A DNA stretch of 64,000 nucleotides from the human T2T-CHM13v2.0 reference genome, Homo sapiens: assembly GCF_009914755.1 (NCBI RefSeq), contig NC_060942.1; one strand, written 5' to 3'. This document shows, in pieces, positions 58,289 to 64,000 of this stretch (the stretch's first letter is position 1; each line of letters begins with the position of its first letter). Below the pieces are notes generated by a model. The model had not been told where the DNA came from and did not search any database. It saw only the letters and a list, made by a program, of their open reading frames with translations. A program made the translations under genes and the position numbers.

Positions 58289-58614
58289 GAGGAAAAAGTA
58301 ATCATCTTGTTTATATCTACAAAAAACTCCCACTGGGTTTTAATAGAGATTGTGTTGGATCTATAGATCAATCTGGGGATAGCTGACATTTTAACAATAT
58401 TGAGTCTTTTTTCCCATGAATACTCTGTGTCTATCCACTTATCTTTGATTTCCTTCAGTAGTATTTTATAGTTTTCAGCAGACAGATCCTACATATATAT
58501 TATTAGATTTATACTTAAGAATTTCATTTTTGGGTGCTATAGTAAATAGTACCTTAAAATTTTTTTGAATTGTAGTTTTTCATATCATAGCTGGGGTACA
58601 TAAAATGCAATTGA

Positions 58615-59016
<402 letters not shown>

Positions 59017-59253
59017 TAGATTCTTTAGGATTTCCCACAGAGATAATCATGTTATTTGTGAGTGGAGACCATTTTATTTATTTATTTCCCATCTATGTGC
59101 CTTTCATTTCTTTGCCTTGCCTATTGTATTGAGTAGAAATTCCAGTGCAATGTTGAATAAGAGGGGTGAGAAAGGACACCCTTCTCTTATTCTTGATGTT
59201 AGGAGGAAAGCGTCTAGTGTGTCACCATTAAGTATGCTGTTAGGTGTAGGGGT

Positions 59254-59562
<309 letters not shown>

Positions 59563-60239
59563 TGTAGGGTTTTTACAGATGCTCTTTATCCAGTTAAGGA
59601 AGTTTCTTCCATACCTAGTATGCTGAGAGTTTTTGTTATGAAGGCATGCTGAATCTTGTCAAATGCCTTTTTATATCTAATAAAATAATCGCATTGTTTT
59701 TCTTTATTACTTTGTCAATACAGTGAATTACATTGATTTTCAAATGCTGAACCAGTCTTACATTTCTAGGATAAGACTCACTTGGTCTTAGTACGTTATC
59801 TTTTTAATTTTAATTGCTGAATTCGATTTTCCATTTTGTTAAGGATTTTTGCATCTATGTTCATGAGGGATAGATATTTGTTTTTAATTTATTTTTCTTG
59901 TAATGTCTTTGGTTTTGTCATTAGGGTAATTCTGGCCTGGTAAAATGAGTTGGAGAGTATTTCTTCCTCTTATTTTTGGAAGATATTATGTAGAATTGGT
60001 ATTATTTTTTCCTTAAATGTTTGACAGAATGGGAAGCCCTGGAGTTATCTTTATTGAAAGGTACTAAACCATGGATTCAATTTATTTAATGGATATATGA
60101 CTATTTAGGTTATCTGCTTCTTTTTGAGTAAATTTGGTTGTTTGTGTAAGAAATTACCTACATTCCCTTATTATCCTCTTAATGTCTGTGAAGTCTGTAG
60201 TGCTGTCTCCTCTTTCAATTCCCATCTTGGTAATTTGTG

Positions 60240-60242
<3 letters not shown>

Positions 60243-60271
<29 letters not shown>
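60243..60271. repeat. (CT)n microsatellite
   Basis: Direct observation. Confidence 0.95.
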
Positions 60272-60273
<2 letters not shown>

Positions 60274-60729
60274 TAGTATGTCTGGCTAGATGTTTATAAG
60301 TTCTATTAATTTTTTCAAAGAACCAGCTTTGTTTCCATTGATTTTGTTTGTTGTTTTTCTGTTCTTTATGCCTCTCCTTCTGCTTGCCTTGGGTTAATTT
60401 ACTTTTCTTTTTCTAGTTTATTAAGGTGGAAGCTTATTTTACTATTTGAGATCTTTCTTTTTTCTAATAAAAACATTTAGTGTTATAAACTTCCCTCAAA
60501 GCACTACTTTACCTGCATTATACAAACTTTGATATCTTGTAGGAGAAAGCCACTTTAAATGGCAATAAAATATTTAAATAGTAGCTGGGTATGGGAAATT
60601 GAAAATAAAGAGCTTAGACACAAATTAGAAGGTTTCATTGGAAGCTAAGACTACTAGCAGTTGGGAATGAGCAGGCAAGTCTTTATAAATGAAGTGGGAT
60701 TTGAACACAGCTTTAGAGATGGCATAGTG

Positions 60730-61215
60730 AAGGCTGAAGGTTGCCTAGCCAATATCCATTGCACTCTCCTTCCCTAGTAACAGAACGCTGTGCTCAGTTG
60801 AGAAGAGTTTCCCAGCCTCCCTTATAGTTGGATGTGGACATGAGCCTGGGTTCTGTGGATGAGATGCAGCAGAGGTGGTGTCTGTGACTTTGAGGAAGTT
60901 TCCTTCAAAAGAAGTGGCTCACAGGGGAGATATGCATTCATTGCTGTTCTCTCTGTCCTTCTTTTTCTTCCTAGTAGACATCTTGGTCTGCAAGGCATAC
61001 TTGGGGTATGGAGTGGGTGTATGGGGATGCCAGAGCAACAAGACAGAAGCAGCCTGGGTTCCTGACAATTTTATGGAGTTTCCACACCAGCCCTGGATTG
61101 CTCACCCCTGGACTTACTCTACCCAGATATTATAGAATATACCATTGGATGTTTGAGCCACTTTTACTGGGGGAGGAGGGATTCAGTTATATGCAGCTGA
61201 GGCCAGTCTTGATCC
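60730..61215 (+). mobile_element. Old MaLR LTR (MLT1J-like)
   Basis: ctccttccctagtaacagaac, tttcccagcctccctt, agcagcctgggttcctga, tgtttgagccact. Confidence 0.6.
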
Positions 61216-61491
61216 TGATGAGGAGGATTAGGAATGTAGAGGGGAGAAGAAAGGGCATTTAGCAGAGGGATGAGGAGCAATGCTGGAGGAAAGCCTGGGG
61301 AAGATGAAACTGGTGGAGTGGAGACCAATTTGTCTGTGTAGGGCAGTAGTGGGAGGTGGGTTTGGTGGGAGCCAAACTCTAGAAGGCCTTAAAGGAATCT
61401 AAATGCTACTAGCCTGCTGGAAACTTTGGTAAATTGGTTTGACTTTCCTGGCCTGCTTCCTCATCCATAAAACCTGGGGATTTACTTGGAT

Positions 61492-61657
61492 CAGAAGCTT
61501 TTAACCTGAAGTTCATGGACAGATTTCATGGGAGTCTAAGAACCTCTTGCCAAATCACATACGTTTTGCATCTATGCTATTTTTCTGGAGAGAGGCCCAC
61601 AATTTTAATCAGATTCTCTAAAAGGTCTGCAGCTCCCAAATAGTTAAAAATCACTAA
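61492..61657. mobile_element. hAT-Charlie MITE (Charlie4z-like)
   Basis: ttttaacctgaagttcatggac...atcagattctctaaaaggtctg..gttaaaaatcact. Confidence 0.6.
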
Positions 61658-61928
61658 CCCAGATGCTTCCTGCATGAAAGGTCTCTCACTGACTTTATCA
61701 TGTGGGCTAGAAGGAGCCTTTGGTGTTTTCTAGGGGGCAGGAAAGTGAACATGGTAAAATTAAGGTTTTGGGTGCCTATGAAACATTTTTAATCTGATAA
61801 CAAATACCTATATAAAATGTGTTTTTAAAAGCTACAATGCAAGAAAAAGAAAATTAAAACTCTCCTGTAATTACTCAACCCTATGAACACTATGGTAGCT
61901 TCTTATTTTCAGATATATATGTGTGTAG

Positions 61929-62274
<346 letters not shown>

Positions 62275-63019
62275 ATACATATATTTTAAAAATAAAACTT
62301 GGATCACCTAAATGTACTGCTTTGTAACCTGCCCTTTCACTCAGCAACATACAGTGAACATCTCTCCATGCTATGAAGTGTTTTTCTACGATATCCATTT
62401 TCTATGGCTAGGGAATACACATACAGGAATTTCTGGGCATTTTTGTGCTATGGGAGGCAAAGGGTTTTGAGAGTAGGTGCAGCGGGGGCACCAAGTTAGC
62501 AAGAATCTGACACTGTGCAAAATGCCAGGAGGCTGCGATCAGCATCCCCAGGCCGCCTGGGGGTATGAGATAGAAGTGATGAACTTCCCCCCACCCTTGA
62601 ACTAACTCCAAAGAATGGAATTGGGGGTGCACACAGAGCACAAGGAGTAAACTGCAGGATCCAGAACAGGCACAGAACTAAAAGCCAGAAATAAACCCCA
62701 GAGAAAATCATACGGGAAAATGAAAACTTTCCTGCACAGGTGAGAGTGGATTACAGACACGATGGAGCAAGTGGCGTTACCTGGAAACCCGGTTTGCTTT
62801 AAAGCTCTGTGAAGGGCTCTGTGCCCTCCCATGCTCCCACCAATGCCTTCTGGAATCCAGATCATATTTATCAGGACAAGCCCTGCCATGACTTTACCTT
62901 GAGAGAAGACACTAGAGATTTGAATCCTTTTGATGGCAGGGATTCAGGCGCTCATGTCTAGATCTGTCCGCTGGGTGAAGGGAGTGGGTGCACACTCCCA
63001 GGAGGTCCTGGCATTTGCT

Positions 63020-63160
63020 GGGCACTGTGCCTCTCACAACAATTTGAGCTGTAGGTATGATGATCCCACTTCCTGGATGAGGAAATGCAGGCCTTGAGAG
63101 GTCAGGTGACTTGCTATGGTCCGCTAACCAAAGGCTTATGTGAAGAGACCTGAAGTAGGC
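63020..63160 (-). mobile_element. MIR fragment
   Basis: tctcacaacaa..cccacttcctggatgaggaaatgcagg..gagaggtcaggtgacttgc. Confidence 0.7.
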
Positions 63161-64000
63161 AGGGAGAATAGGGGCCCTTGGAGGAAGGTTCCCGAGGGAG
63201 AGGCTGGCAACTGCAGCATCTGTGTCATGCTCACCCTGGGGTGGGGCACAAAGACTGTGAGGTTTGGGGGTGGGTGGTGTGCAGGTGGGCCCAGGCCTGT
63301 GCGTGTGGAGTAGGTGAAAAAGTGAATGACATGCAGATTTCAAAGGGGAAGGTTAGAGCTGGGAGCTACCTACTGAGCAAAAGCTGATGAAAAATCCCCT
63401 GGCTCCAGATGCCACTGCAGGCCCCTGAATGGGGAGGGTGGCAGAGCTGGGCCTGGGCCTCTCCTTCAGCATGGGTCCCTGTTTTGAAGTGCTGAGAGCA
63501 GGGGGAGGGTGATGCTGGGATCTTTCCACCAGGAGACTCACCCATGGAGGCGGGGACAGAGGGGAGAGTGTTGTCCTGTTGCATTTCAAATCAGAGCTGA
63601 AGCTCAAGTCACCCTCCTCCCCGAAGCCCCCATACGCCTGGCACACTTTGTCCTCTCTCTGTTTGGACTCTGTCTGTGCCCCTCATCTGTGTCACTCAGT
63701 ACACACTGGTCCCATTGCCGGGGAGCTTTCATCTTCCGTCACGCTCTCCTTCAGAGGGCAGGGGAATGCTGCCTATCCTCCAGGCACCTGTCCCCTCCGC
63801 CCGCCCTAGGCCTGAGTCCTTGTTAGAGACTTGTTGCCCAAAGCTCTTCCTCTGCCTGGTGGTGAGGACTGGTCCAGGGGATAAGGGGCTCATGCAGGGC
63901 ACCCTGAAATTAAGGGTGTGGTAAGCCAAGGAAGGGAGCAACTGGAAGATGCTGGGAGCCAGACTAAGGATAGAGTGTTCATGAAGTGACAGCTGGGAGC

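Overview
Primate, almost certainly human, genomic DNA. It is dense in Alu, L1, L2, MIR, LTR and DNA-transposon remnants and has no prokaryotic-style genes. Bases 1 to ~19.6 kb are the 3' part of ARK2N (C18orf25/ARKL1, chr18q21.1) on the + strand. This part holds two coding exons (6324-6447 and 15551-15740, encoding the SIM-containing C-terminus ...SSDSEVEIVGV...AEVVDLTLDEDSRRKYLL*), a ~3.9 kb 3'UTR and poly(A) signals at 19487 and 19587. The rest is repeat-rich intergenic DNA running toward ARK2C/RNF165; that neighbour is known from the locus, and no RNF165 exon is visible here. Apart from decayed ERVL pol and hAT transposase fragments, the ORF track is Alu/simple-repeat or chance ORFs, and it misses the real exons. 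I found no convincing new biological system. The best leads are: a possible fossil splice donor where the Arkadia-like gene was split; two candidate micro-exons; an old templated-insertion/inverted duplication inside an ERVL provirus; a perfect recent tandem duplication inside an old Alu; and a closely spaced inverted Alu pair. Repeat subfamily names and boundaries come from visual recognition and are approximate.
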